In this document: one piece after another, positions 7,696 through 16,779 of the stretch
Layout: each line of letters starts with the position of its first letter
Numbering within the stretch: the stretch's first letter is position 1
NCBI GenBank assembly: GCA_044868695.1
Contig: JBIOWP010000153.1
Span: forward strand, 1 to 37,827
DNA length: 37,827 nucleotides
Source of the DNA: a bacterium
GTDB lineage: Bacteria > Sysuimicrobiota > Sysuimicrobiia > Sysuimicrobiales > Kaftiobacteriaceae
Reading direction: 5' to 3'
Notes under the pieces: model-generated
What the model was told of the DNA's origin: nothing
What the model saw: only the letters and a program-made list of their open reading frames with translations
Databases searched by the model: none
Translations under genes and position numbers: made by a program

Positions 7696-10116
7696 ATGAC
7701 GGAACGGACTGAGACGACAATCAAAGACATGCTGCCTCTATTACCCCTGAAGGGGACCGTGATCATGCCGCATCAGGTGGCCCCGCTGGGCGTCGGCCGG
7801 CCCAAGTCTTTGCGCGCGCTGGAAGCTGCGCTCGCGGCGGACCGCATGATCATCCTCGCGGCGCAGAAACAGGACGACCAGGAAGACCCGACTCCCGCCG
7901 ACATCTACACCGTCGGCACCATCTGCAAGATCCTCCAGGTCGGCAAGCAGCCGGATGGGGTCCTGCAGGTCATTGTCGAGGGCGTGGTTCGGGGCGAACT
8001 GCTTGGCATCGAGCGGTCGGAGCCCTACTTTGAGGCGCGCGTCGCCCAGCGGCCCGACCCGGCCGAAAAGGGCGTTGAGCTCGAGGCGCTGATGCGCGGA
8101 GTGGTCTCGCAGTTCGAGCGCTTTGCGCGCTTCAGCCGTTCGGTGGCGCCGGAGCAGTACGCCGCGGTCATGCAGGCCGATCAGCCCGGTACGCTGGCCG
8201 ACCTCGTCGCCCAGCACCTCCCGCTGAAGCTGGAGGAACGCCAGCAGCTGCTGGAGCTGGCTCCAAAAGACCGTCTGGAGTTGCTCAGCCAGATCCTGTC
8301 GCGCGAGATCAACATCCTGGAACTGGAACGCAAGATCCAGAGCCGGGTGCGCAAGCAGATGGAGAAGAGTCAGCGCGAGTACTTTCTCAAAGAGCAGATG
8401 AAGGCGATCCAGCAGGAACTGGGCGAGAGCGACGAGCGGCAGAGCGAGGTCGCCGAGTACAAGAAGAAGATTGAGGCCGCCAACCTTCCGGACCACGTCA
8501 AGGACAAAGCCCTGGAAGAGCTCAGCCGCCTGGAAAAAATGCCGCCGATGGTGGCCGAGGCCGTCGTCGTCCGCACGTACCTGGACTGGCTGCTGTCGGT
8601 GCCGTGGACGGTCCGCACCGAGGACCGTCTGGATATCGCCGAGGCCCGGCGGTTCCTGGACGAGGACCATTACGGTCTCGAAAAAGCCAAGGACCGTGTC
8701 ATCGAGTACCTGGCCGTGCGCAAGCTGGCGCCCACCTCCAAGGGGCCGATCCTCTGCTTCATCGGCCCGCCGGGGACCGGAAAGACTTCCCTGGGGCGGT
8801 CGATCGCGCGCGCCCTGGGGCGCAAGTTCGTACGGGTCAGCCTGGGCGGCGTCCGGGACGAGGCTGAGATCCGCGGCCACCGGCGCACATACGTGGGCGC
8901 GCTGCCTGGGCGCATCGTCCAGGGGATGAAGACCGCCGGCAGCAAGAACCCGGTCTTCATGCTGGATGAGATCGACAAGCTCGGCGTGGACTGGCGGGGC
9001 GACCCGTCGAGCGCCCTGCTGGAGGCGCTGGATCCCGAGCAGAACCACAGTTTCAGCGACCACTACCTCGAGCTGGCGCTCGATCTCTCCGAGGTGATGT
9101 TCATCTGCACCGGGAACATCCTGGACACGATTCCACCGGCCCTGCGGGACCGTCTGGAAGTCATCCGCTTCCCGGGATACATCGAAGAGGAGAAGATCAA
9201 GATCGCGACGCAGTTCCTGATTCCCAAGCAGCGCAAGGAGAACGGCCTGACATCCGAGCAGGCCGTCATGACCGGCGAGGCGCTGCGCAAGATCGTCCGC
9301 GAGTACACACGAGAGGCCGGCGTCCGAAATCTGGAGCGGGAGATCGCGTCGGTCTTCCGGAAGGTGGCCACCGAGGTAGCGACCGGCAAGGCCACCGCGG
9401 TGAAGGTGACGGCGGCCCAGCTGCATCGATTCCTCGGTCCGCCCCGGTTTCGCTACGGGCTGGCGGAGAAAGCCGACGAGGTCGGCACCGCCACCGGGCT
9501 CATCTACAGCGAGATGGGCGGAGACATTATCTCGGTCGAGGCCTCCTTGATGCGGGGGGAAGGAAAACTGGCGCTGACCGGCCAGCTCGGCGAGATTCTC
9601 AAGGAATCCGGGCAGGCCGCGGTCTCCTACGTGCGCTCGCGGTCCCGGCGGCTGAGCCTGGACGAGGAGTGGTACCAGAAGTACGACGTCCACATCCACA
9701 TCCCGGCGGGCGCCGTCCCCAAGGACGGACCGTCGGCGGGGATCACCCTGGCCACCGCACTGGCGTCGGCGGTCACCGGCCGTCCGGTGCACAAGGACGT
9801 GGCGATGACAGGGGAGATCACGCTGCGGGGCAAAGTCCTGCCGATCGGCGGAGTGAAGGAGAAGGTCCTGGCCGCGCACCGGGCCGGGATCAAGACCGTG
9901 ATTCTCCCCAAGGACAACGAGAAGGATCTTGAGGAGATCCCGCCGCACGTGCGCAAGAAGCTGCAGTTCGTGCTGGTCGAGCACATGGATCAGGTGCTGG
10001 CGGAGGCTCTGCTGCCCGCTCCGCCGCCCGCGGCCAAGGAGCGGGTCACGCCGCCGCCTGTGGTCGAACCGGCCATCAGGCCGCCGCAGCAGCCGACGCA
10101 GCAGATGCTGTCTTAG
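7696..10116 (+). CDS. lon: Lon (La) ATP-dependent protease
   Basis: LON N-domain, GPPGTGKTS, RGHRRTYVGALPG, catalytic PKDGPSAG and Lys in IGGVKEK. GAGGAG RBS. Confidence 0.97.
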   Translation: MTERTETTIKDMLPLLPLKGTVIMPHQVAPLGVGRPKSLRALEAALAADRMIILAAQKQDDQEDPTPADIYTVGTICKILQVGKQPDGVLQVIVEGVVRGELLGIERSEPYFEARVAQRPDPAEKGVELEALMRGVVSQFERFARFSRSVAPEQYAAVMQADQPGTLADLVAQHLPLKLEERQQLLELAPKDRLELLSQILSREINILELERKIQSRVRKQMEKSQREYFLKEQMKAIQQELGESDERQSEVAEYKKKIEAANLPDHVKDKALEELSRLEKMPPMVAEAVVVRTYLDWLLSVPWTVRTEDRLDIAEARRFLDEDHYGLEKAKDRVIEYLAVRKLAPTSKGPILCFIGPPGTGKTSLGRSIARALGRKFVRVSLGGVRDEAEIRGHRRTYVGALPGRIVQGMKTAGSKNPVFMLDEIDKLGVDWRGDPSSALLEALDPEQNHSFSDHYLELALDLSEVMFICTGNILDTIPPALRDRLEVIRFPGYIEEEKIKIATQFLIPKQRKENGLTSEQAVMTGEALRKIVREYTREAGVRNLEREIASVFRKVATEVATGKATAVKVTAAQLHRFLGPPRFRYGLAEKADEVGTATGLIYSEMGGDIISVEASLMRGEGKLALTGQLGEILKESGQAAVSYVRSRSRRLSLDEEWYQKYDVHIHIPAGAVPKDGPSAGITLATALASAVTGRPVHKDVAMTGEITLRGKVLPIGGVKEKVLAAHRAGIKTVILPKDNEKDLEEIPPHVRKKLQFVLVEHMDQVLAEALLPAPPPAAKERVTPPPVVEPAIRPPQQPTQQMLS

Positions 10117-10167
10117 CACGCGGCACGAAACCTGACACTAAACTTCCTGCGAACTTTCAGGCCGACA

Positions 10168-10213
10168 GGGGCCGGGCATGCGGTCGCGAACATGTCCGGC
10201 CTCCACATTTCTT
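10168..10213 (+). terminator. Stem-loop downstream of lon (possible terminator)
   Basis: GGCCGGGCATG-N10-CATGTCCGGCC stem followed by a weak T-rich tract (ACATTTCTT). Confidence 0.35.
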
Positions 10214-10219
10214 GGGCGT

Positions 10220-10236
10220 CCGGCACGGTTGTTGCT
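10220..10236 (+). promoter_or_regulatory. Sigma54 (-24/-12)-type promoter upstream of the first PilB-like ATPase
   Basis: CCGGCACGGTTGTTGCT: GG(10222-3)-N10-GC(10234-5), matching consensus YTGGCACG-N4-TTGCW. Confidence 0.55.
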
Positions 10237-10254
10237 CCAATATGGGGTGTTCCC

Positions 10255-12027
10255 ATGGCAACAGCACGGGCACATCCATCGAAGTCCACCAAACGGCTGG
10301 GAGAACTCCTCCTGGAAGCGGCCGTCATTACCGAGGCACAGCTGTCCGAGGCGCTGGAAGAGCAGAAGCGCACCGGCAAACGGCTGGCGCAAATCTTTAT
10401 TGAGGGCGGCCTGCTGGCCAAGGGCGAGGCCGGCCGGTGGCTGGCGCTGCAGCAGGGCTACGAGTACATCAACCTCACCGCCGAGCCGATCGACATCCAC
10501 GTTGCCCAGGTGCTCCCCGAAGCCTTCGTCCGCCGCCTGATGGCCCTGCCCATCCGCCAGGAAGGCAAAGACCTCATCGTGGCGATGGCGGACCCGTCCG
10601 ACATTCTGGCCGTGGACGAGATCTCCCGCGCCACGGGCACGCGCGTGCAGCCGGTGTTCACCACCGAAAGCGACCTTGAGTGGGCGATTACTCAACTCTT
10701 CGACGTCGGTGGGAAGGTCACCAAGGCCGCCAACGCCGCCAACGCCGCGGCGTCGGGCGACCCCATCGAGTTTGGGGAAACGGCGGTCAACGGCAACGGC
10801 AACGGCGACGGCGCGGGCAGCGGCACCAGCATCGAAGACGGCGTGGTGGTGCTCGGCAACGAGTCCTCGCCGCCGGTCATCCAGATGGTGGACTCCATTC
10901 TGCAGGGCGCCATTATCTCGCGGACCACCGACATCCACCTGGAGCCGCACATGCAGAGCGCCCGCGTGCGGTTCCGCATCGACGGCATGCTCTACGACAA
11001 AGCGACGATTCCACGGCTGCTGTACGCCGCGGTCGTGAGCCGCATCAAGATCCTGGCCTCACTCGACATCGCCGAGCACGCCAAACCGCAGGACGGCCGC
11101 ATCTCGATGCGGTTGAAGGAACACGAATACGATGTCCGCGTGGGCATCACCAGCACGGCGTTCGGTGAGCGCGTCGTCATGCGGCTGCTGGACAAGAGCA
11201 ACGTGACGCTGGGGCTGGACCGGCTGGGGATTCCCGCCGACCAGGAACAGATCATCCAGTCCCTCATCCGCAAGCCACACGGCATGATCCTGGTCACGGG
11301 GCCGACCGGCAGCGGAAAAACCACCACTCTGTACTCGTGTCTCCACTCTATCAACGGCCCGGCGCACAACATCATCACGATCGAAGATCCCATCGAGTAC
11401 TACCTGGACGGGATCTCGCAGATCCCTGTGCGGCCGCGGTCGGGCGTCACCTTTGCCACAGGACTGCGCAGCATCCTGCGCCAGGATCCCGATGTGGTCA
11501 TGGTGGGCGAGATTCGCGACGCGGAGACGGCAAAAATCTCAGTCCACGCCGCGCTTACCGGGCACCTGGTGTTCTCGACGCTGCACACCAATGATGCCGC
11601 CGGGTCGGTCGTGCGGCTGGTCGACATGGGCATCGAGCCGTACTTCATCACCTCCTCGCTGGTCGCCTCGATCGGCCAGCGGCTGATGCGGCGGCTGTGC
11701 CCCACGTGCAAGCAGCCGTTCCCGATCACCAAGGAACTGATCACGGAGCTCGGCCTTCCCAAGAGCACGTCCGCCAAGCTGTACAAGCCGGTCGGGTGTC
11801 CGGAGTGTGACCAGACCGGCTACCGCGGCCGGATGTGCGTGATGGAGATCTTCCGGATGAACGATGCGATCCGCGACCTCGTGCTGGCCCACAAACCCGC
11901 CACCGCGCTGCGCGATGCCGCCGTCACCGGTGGGATGACGACCATCCAGGACGCGGCGAAAGCCAGGGTGCTCGACGGCAGCACTACGGTCGAGGAACTG
12001 CGCCGGGTCATCTACCTCGAAGAATAA
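10255..12027 (+). CDS. PilB/GspE-family extension ATPase (paralog 1) with degenerate MshEN N-terminus
   Basis: RLGELLLE..., TDIHLEP, PQDGRI, GPTGSGKTTT, LRQDPD, Zn motif CPTC...CPEC, GYRGR. ATG 10255 preferred over 10192 because of the promoter and RBS positions. Confidence 0.9.
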   Translation: MATARAHPSKSTKRLGELLLEAAVITEAQLSEALEEQKRTGKRLAQIFIEGGLLAKGEAGRWLALQQGYEYINLTAEPIDIHVAQVLPEAFVRRLMALPIRQEGKDLIVAMADPSDILAVDEISRATGTRVQPVFTTESDLEWAITQLFDVGGKVTKAANAANAAASGDPIEFGETAVNGNGNGDGAGSGTSIEDGVVVLGNESSPPVIQMVDSILQGAIISRTTDIHLEPHMQSARVRFRIDGMLYDKATIPRLLYAAVVSRIKILASLDIAEHAKPQDGRISMRLKEHEYDVRVGITSTAFGERVVMRLLDKSNVTLGLDRLGIPADQEQIIQSLIRKPHGMILVTGPTGSGKTTTLYSCLHSINGPAHNIITIEDPIEYYLDGISQIPVRPRSGVTFATGLRSILRQDPDVVMVGEIRDAETAKISVHAALTGHLVFSTLHTNDAAGSVVRLVDMGIEPYFITSSLVASIGQRLMRRLCPTCKQPFPITKELITELGLPKSTSAKLYKPVGCPECDQTGYRGRMCVMEIFRMNDAIRDLVLAHKPATALRDAAVTGGMTTIQDAAKARVLDGSTTVEELRRVIYLEE

Positions 12028-12034
12028 CCATATG

Positions 12035-12068
12035 AAATCGTCAATCCGAAATCCGCAATCCGAAATCG
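12035..12068. repeat. Heptamer tandem repeat (A/C)AATCCG, about 5 copies
   Basis: AAATCGT CAATCCG AAATCCG CAATCCG AAATCG. Confidence 0.8.
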
Positions 12069-12101
12069 TTCCTGTCACTCCTTCCTTTGTCCGAAGGGAC
12101 C

Positions 12102-12110
12102 TGCTATAAT
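12102..12110 (+). promoter_or_regulatory. Extended -10 promoter of the valS leader
   Basis: TGCTATAAT immediately before the T-box leader. Confidence 0.75.
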
Positions 12111-12116
12111 CACCGG

Positions 12117-12335
12117 CAAGCGATGAAGGGGAGGAGTACCTGCGCGCCCTCCCAGCAAGGGAGATCCTGCGGCTGGAAGATCTCCCGGCGCGGCGCGATG
12201 GGGAAGGTCGCCCCCAAGCGAGAGGGGATGCGCCCCAGATCGCGCGTCGAGACCCGCCCTGCGTAGCTCGCAGGCGGAAGACAGGTGGTACCACGGAGTG
12301 ATGGCTCCGTCCTGACGGACGGAGCATTTTTGTTT
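12117..12335 (+). promoter_or_regulatory. T-box riboswitch (Val), transcription-attenuation type
   Basis: Stem I with AGTA/GAA S-turn and likely specifier GTC (Val, 12207-12209). T-box AGGTGGTACCACGG (12283-12296) with UGGU. Upstream of valS. Confidence 0.9.
12304..12335 (+). terminator. T-box attenuator terminator
   Basis: GCTCCGTCC-TGAC-GGACGGAGC followed by ATTTTTGTTT. Overlaps the antiterminator 3' strand. Confidence 0.85.
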
Positions 12336-12356
12336 GTCGAGAGGCAGTCGGCACCC

Positions 12357-15197
12357 ATGGCATCCAAGACGTTGCCCACAACCTACGACCCACGCCAGGT
12401 TGAGATCGCGCGGTACAAAACCTGGATGGACGCGGGGTACTTTCACGCGCCAGTGGATCCGTCCCGGGAGCCGTTCGTCATCATGCTGCCGCTGCCGAAC
12501 GTGACGGGTGAGTCGCACATCGGCACCGCCTCCACCTTCTCTCTCCAGGACGTGCTCATCCGGTGGCGCCGGATGCAGGGGCGCAACGCGCTGTGGCAGC
12601 CCGGCACCGACCACGCAGGGATCGCCACGCAGAACGTGGTGGAGCGCGAGCTCGCCAAGGAAGGGCTTACCCTGCAGCATCTCGGCCGCGAGAAGTTCGT
12701 CGAGCGGGTCTGGCAGTGGAAGCATCGGTACGGCGGCATCATCGACGGTCAGCTCAAGCGCATGGGGTTCTCACTGGACTGGGACCGTTATGTCTTTACC
12801 CTCGACCCCGGCTATTCTGCGTCGGTCACCGAGGCGTTCGTGCGCCTGTTTCAGCAGGGCTTGATCTATCGCGGCAAGCGCATGGTGAACTGGTGTCCTC
12901 GAGACGGAAGCGCCATCTCCGACCTGGAGGTGGAGTACACGGACGTGGACACGCACCTCTGGTACGTGCGCTATCCGGGCGCCGACGGCGGGCCGGGCAT
13001 TGTGATTGCCACGCAGCGCCCGGAGACGATCCTGGCGGATGTAGCGGTGGCGGTCCACCCAGAGGATCCCCGGTACGCGGGATCCGTCGGACGCGATGTG
13101 TTAGTGCCTATCGTAAATCGCCGGGTGCCGGTGATTGCGGACAAGCGCGTGGATCCCGCATTTGGGACCGGCGCGCTAAAGATCACGCCCGGCCACGACC
13201 CGCTTGACAACGAGATCGGCACCGATCACGGCCTCCCGACGCTGGTGGTCCTCGACCCCCAAGCCCGCATGACCCCCGAAACGGGCACATTCGCAGGGCT
13301 CGATCGCTTCGAGGCGCGCAAGGCTGTCGGCGAAGCCCTCAAGGCGATGGGGCTCGTGGAGAAGGTGGAGGCGTACCGGACGAGCGTGGGCACCTGCGAC
13401 CGGTGCCACGCCGTGATCGAACCCTACATCAGCGACCAGTGGTTCGCGGACATGTCGGGGATGGCTGCGCGCGCGGCTCAGGTGATCCGCGACGGCAGGG
13501 TGCGCTTCCACCATGAGCGCTGGGCGAGAGTGATCCTGAACTTCCTCGACCACATCCGGCCGTGGACGATCTCGCGGCAGCTGTGGTGGGGGCACCGCAT
13601 CCCGGTGTGGCAGTGCGATGCGTGCGGCGAGCGTGTGGCCGCGGCGGGGCCGCCGGCAACCTGTCCGAAGTGCGGCCGGCACGCGCTCACCCAGGATCCG
13701 GACGTCCTGGACACCTGGTTCAGCTCGGGTCTCTGGCCGTTCGCCACCCTGGGGTGGCCGAACGACACGCCCGACCTGCGGTATTTCTATCCCGGGAGCG
13801 TCCTCGTGTCCGACAGGGGGATTCTCTTCCTATGGATTGCCCGCATGATCATGCTCGGGCTGCACTTCATGGACGACATCCCGTTTACTGATGTGTACGT
13901 CGCGCCCACCGTGATGGCGCTGGACGGCCGGCGGATGAGCAGGTCGCTCGGCACCGGGATCGACCCGTTGGAGATGGTGGAGGCGCGAGGGTACGGGGCG
14001 GATGCCGTGCGCTTTGCTCTGGTGTCCAGGTGCTCCCAGGAACAGCAGGACCTCCGCTTCAGCGAGAAGATGATCGCCGACGTCCGCAACTTTAACACCA
14101 AGATCTGGAACGCAGCGCGCTTTGTGCTCATGAACCTCGAGGATTTTGATCCCGGCGTGCCTCCGCCGGCACCGACGGCGCTCTCGGCCGCCGACCGCTG
14201 GATTCGCAGCCGGTACGCGCGGCTGGTGGCGGACGTCACCGCGCACCTGGAGGCCTTCGAGTTCGACAAGACGGCCCGGGCGCTGTACGACTTCATCTGG
14301 AGTGAGTTTTGCGACTGGTACCTGGAGTTGGGGAAGGTCGATCTCCAACAGGGAACCCCCACGCCGGCTTCGCTAGCTCGGGGCGGAGCGCGGGAACGCG
14401 GGAACGCGGGAACGCGACAACCGAAGCGGCGGCAGGCGGTACAGCACACGCTGTGGTTGGTGCTCTCGAATACGATGAAGCTGCTGCATCCGATCATGCC
14501 CTTCATCACCGAAGAGATCTGGCAGGCGCTGCCGCACGACGGACCCAGCATCATGATCGCGCCGTGGCCGCGGCGGGAGCCGGAATGGATCGACCCGGCG
14601 GCGGAGCAGGAGATCGGAACGGTGATGGCCGTGGTGCGCGCGGTGCGCAGCCTGCGGACCGAACTCTCGATTCCTCCCGCCCAGCGGGTCCCCGTGCACC
14701 TGCGCGCCGGGGGCAAGGTTCGGAAAATCCTGGACCAGGCCCGGCCGGCCCTGGCCGCGCTGGCGAAAGCCGACCCGATCCGCCTTGAACCGGCTGGCTC
14801 GCCGACACCAGCCGGCAGCGTGACGACACTCCTGCCGGACGTGGAGGTGGTTGTGCCGGTGGGAGGGCTCATTGATGTTGCAAAAGAGCGTGCGCGTCTC
14901 GACAAGGCGCTGGGGGAGTTGCAGGCGGAGCTTGACCGGCTGCAGCAGCGGCTGGAGAACCGTGAGTTCACGGAACGGGCTCCCGCCCACGTGGTGGCTC
15001 AGCAGCGGGAGCGCGCCGATGAGCTTCGCGGACGGCGCCACCGGCTGCAGGATGTGGTGAAAAGTCTGGCCTCGGCTGCAGCGGGCAGGGGACCGCGAAC
15101 ACGCCCCGCGAAACCTCAGGTACGTCGTCCTCGAGGAGGTGGCGACCCTGCAGCCCACCGACGCCGCCGACGCCCGTCGTCTCGAGGCCGCCCGTAA
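12357..15197 (+). CDS. valS: Valine--tRNA ligase with non-canonical signature motifs
   Basis: PNVTG, PGTDHAGIATQ, GTGALKITPGHD, ISRQLWWGHRIP, DVLDTWFSS, FCDWYLE and C-terminal coiled coil, plus a Val T-box. Start moved to ATG 12357 because 12285 lies inside the T-box. Confidence 0.93.
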   Translation: MASKTLPTTYDPRQVEIARYKTWMDAGYFHAPVDPSREPFVIMLPLPNVTGESHIGTASTFSLQDVLIRWRRMQGRNALWQPGTDHAGIATQNVVERELAKEGLTLQHLGREKFVERVWQWKHRYGGIIDGQLKRMGFSLDWDRYVFTLDPGYSASVTEAFVRLFQQGLIYRGKRMVNWCPRDGSAISDLEVEYTDVDTHLWYVRYPGADGGPGIVIATQRPETILADVAVAVHPEDPRYAGSVGRDVLVPIVNRRVPVIADKRVDPAFGTGALKITPGHDPLDNEIGTDHGLPTLVVLDPQARMTPETGTFAGLDRFEARKAVGEALKAMGLVEKVEAYRTSVGTCDRCHAVIEPYISDQWFADMSGMAARAAQVIRDGRVRFHHERWARVILNFLDHIRPWTISRQLWWGHRIPVWQCDACGERVAAAGPPATCPKCGRHALTQDPDVLDTWFSSGLWPFATLGWPNDTPDLRYFYPGSVLVSDRGILFLWIARMIMLGLHFMDDIPFTDVYVAPTVMALDGRRMSRSLGTGIDPLEMVEARGYGADAVRFALVSRCSQEQQDLRFSEKMIADVRNFNTKIWNAARFVLMNLEDFDPGVPPPAPTALSAADRWIRSRYARLVADVTAHLEAFEFDKTARALYDFIWSEFCDWYLELGKVDLQQGTPTPASLARGGARERGNAGTRQPKRRQAVQHTLWLVLSNTMKLLHPIMPFITEEIWQALPHDGPSIMIAPWPRREPEWIDPAAEQEIGTVMAVVRAVRSLRTELSIPPAQRVPVHLRAGGKVRKILDQARPALAALAKADPIRLEPAGSPTPAGSVTTLLPDVEVVVPVGGLIDVAKERARLDKALGELQAELDRLQQRLENREFTERAPAHVVAQQRERADELRGRRHRLQDVVKSLASAAAGRGPRTRPAKPQVRRPRGGGDPAAHRRRRRPSSRGRP
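14390..14416. repeat. Octamer tandem repeat GCGGGAAC x3 inside valS
   Basis: GCGGGAAC GCGGGAAC GCGGGAAC GCG. The 24-nt repeat keeps the frame and lies in an apparent loop insertion. Confidence 0.85.
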
Positions 15198-16779
15198 GGC
15201 GGCGAGAACGGTCGCCCTGGCGCTGCGGGCCCACCGTCAATACTCGGCCGGCCACACCCTCACGCAGCAGGCCCTGCTGACGGCACAGGATGCCGTGCGG
15301 TCGTATGCGGCCGCCTTCGGCCCGCTGACCCTCGCTCCTGCCGGCCGCGGGCTCCGGTTCGGATTCACCCCCACGCTCTACGAAGATGATGCGGCGGCAG
15401 TGCTCAACCGCGCGCTGACGGCGGCATCGGTCGGAGATCTGCGGCTGAATGCCGGTGCCGGCGCCGCAGACCTCGCCGAGCTGGCCGACGTGCTTCACCT
15501 GCCCAGGTCCGCCTTGGCCAGAGCCGGTGGCGCGGGCAAGCTGCTGCAGGAGCGCGGCGTGCAGACCATCTCGCTGGTGGACCTCGGGTCGCCGCCGCCG
15601 GCGCACGCATCCGCCGGCGATATTGACGTGCTGGTGGATACGCTGAGAGAGACTCCAGACCAACTCGCCGCCCGTCTCCAGGAGTCGTCACGAGGTGAGG
15701 CGGCGGAGGCCGCCCGCCTGCTCCAGCAGCTTGATCGCATCATCGCAGTCTGGCGGCGGGTCGAGCGTGATGAAGCCTGGACGCTCGTGGCAGGCGCAAT
15801 CATGGGGATCGCGCCTGCCCTGCGGACGCAGCTCTGCCGGATCATCGCCTCGTCGCTGCGTGAGCCGTGGGCGGCCTCGATCGCGTCCCGATGGCCTCCG
15901 GTGCTGTTTGGCGGAATCGTTGCGTCCGCAGCAGACGCGGCCCCACAGGAGGCCGACGAAGTTGCATCGGCCCTGAGGAAGCTGCACCGTGGCCCTGCAC
16001 CCGCTGCCATCCCGCCGGTTGATGGACCCGGCGACCCCCAGGTGCGCCGGAGCCTGGAAGGAATGGGGGGGCCCGCCCAGCGGATCCACGCCGCCGTCGC
16101 GTTCCTCAACGTCTTGGCGCGGCTTGATACCACCCGGTTCGAGGATGGACTCCGGGTGGTCGAGCGGGGGATCTTGGGGGCGGTCGAATCAGAGGACGTC
16201 GAGACCATTGGACAGATCCTGACGGGGTTGGCGGCGCTGACACACCGCCTCGCGGACGTCCGAGCCGATCTGGCGAGAGTGGCGCTGCACCGCGCGCTGA
16301 CTACAGCCGTTCGCGACCTTGTCAGCAGGAGTTTGTCGGAACGGGCCGGTGAATCTCACCCGCTTCGCCAGGCCATGGCGGCCGCCCCGGAGGAATCCGT
16401 CCCGCTGCTGCTCGACCTGCTGGCCGACGAGGAGCGCCTTCCGGTTCGGAGGGAGATCGTGTCGCTGCTGGCCGTCCTAGCGCGCACCCAACTTCCACTG
16501 CTGGCTCAGTACCTGGGAGATTCACGCTGGTACGTGGCGCGCAACGTCGTGACGGCGCTCGCGGAGATGCGCGACCCCGCCCTGGTCCCGTACCTGCGGG
16601 CCGCGGTGCAGCATCGGGACGTCCGGGTGCGGCGAGAAGCACTGCAGGCGCTCGGGGGATTGAACACGCCTGACGCGCTCGCGGCCCTCGAGGCCGCGCT
16701 GCATCATCCCGATGCCGAGACCCGCACCGCCGCCGCGCACTGGGTTCGGGTCGCGAAGACGCCGGGGGCCGGCGCATGA
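15139..16779 (+). CDS. HEAT-repeat protein with uncharacterised helical N-terminal domain
   Basis: C-terminal HEAT-like repeats (DSRWYVARNVVTAL, HRDVRVRREALQALG, HPDAETRTAAA). GAGGAG directly before the GTG, which overlaps the valS 3' end. Confidence 0.75.
   Translation: MATLQPTDAADARRLEAARKAARTVALALRAHRQYSAGHTLTQQALLTAQDAVRSYAAAFGPLTLAPAGRGLRFGFTPTLYEDDAAAVLNRALTAASVGDLRLNAGAGAADLAELADVLHLPRSALARAGGAGKLLQERGVQTISLVDLGSPPPAHASAGDIDVLVDTLRETPDQLAARLQESSRGEAAEAARLLQQLDRIIAVWRRVERDEAWTLVAGAIMGIAPALRTQLCRIIASSLREPWAASIASRWPPVLFGGIVASAADAAPQEADEVASALRKLHRGPAPAAIPPVDGPGDPQVRRSLEGMGGPAQRIHAAVAFLNVLARLDTTRFEDGLRVVERGILGAVESEDVETIGQILTGLAALTHRLADVRADLARVALHRALTTAVRDLVSRSLSERAGESHPLRQAMAAAPEESVPLLLDLLADEERLPVRREIVSLLAVLARTQLPLLAQYLGDSRWYVARNVVTALAEMRDPALVPYLRAAVQHRDVRVRREALQALGGLNTPDALAALEAALHHPDAETRTAAAHWVRVAKTPGAGA

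Noticed and set aside
7741..10119. 792-aa minus-strand ORF
   Set aside because: Codon-aligned antisense shadow of lon.
10120..10137. GGCACG sigma54-like element right after lon
   Set aside because: The -12 position reads GA, not GC.
12285..12356. Longer valS N-terminus from the ORF track
   Set aside because: Lies within the T-box antiterminator/terminator.
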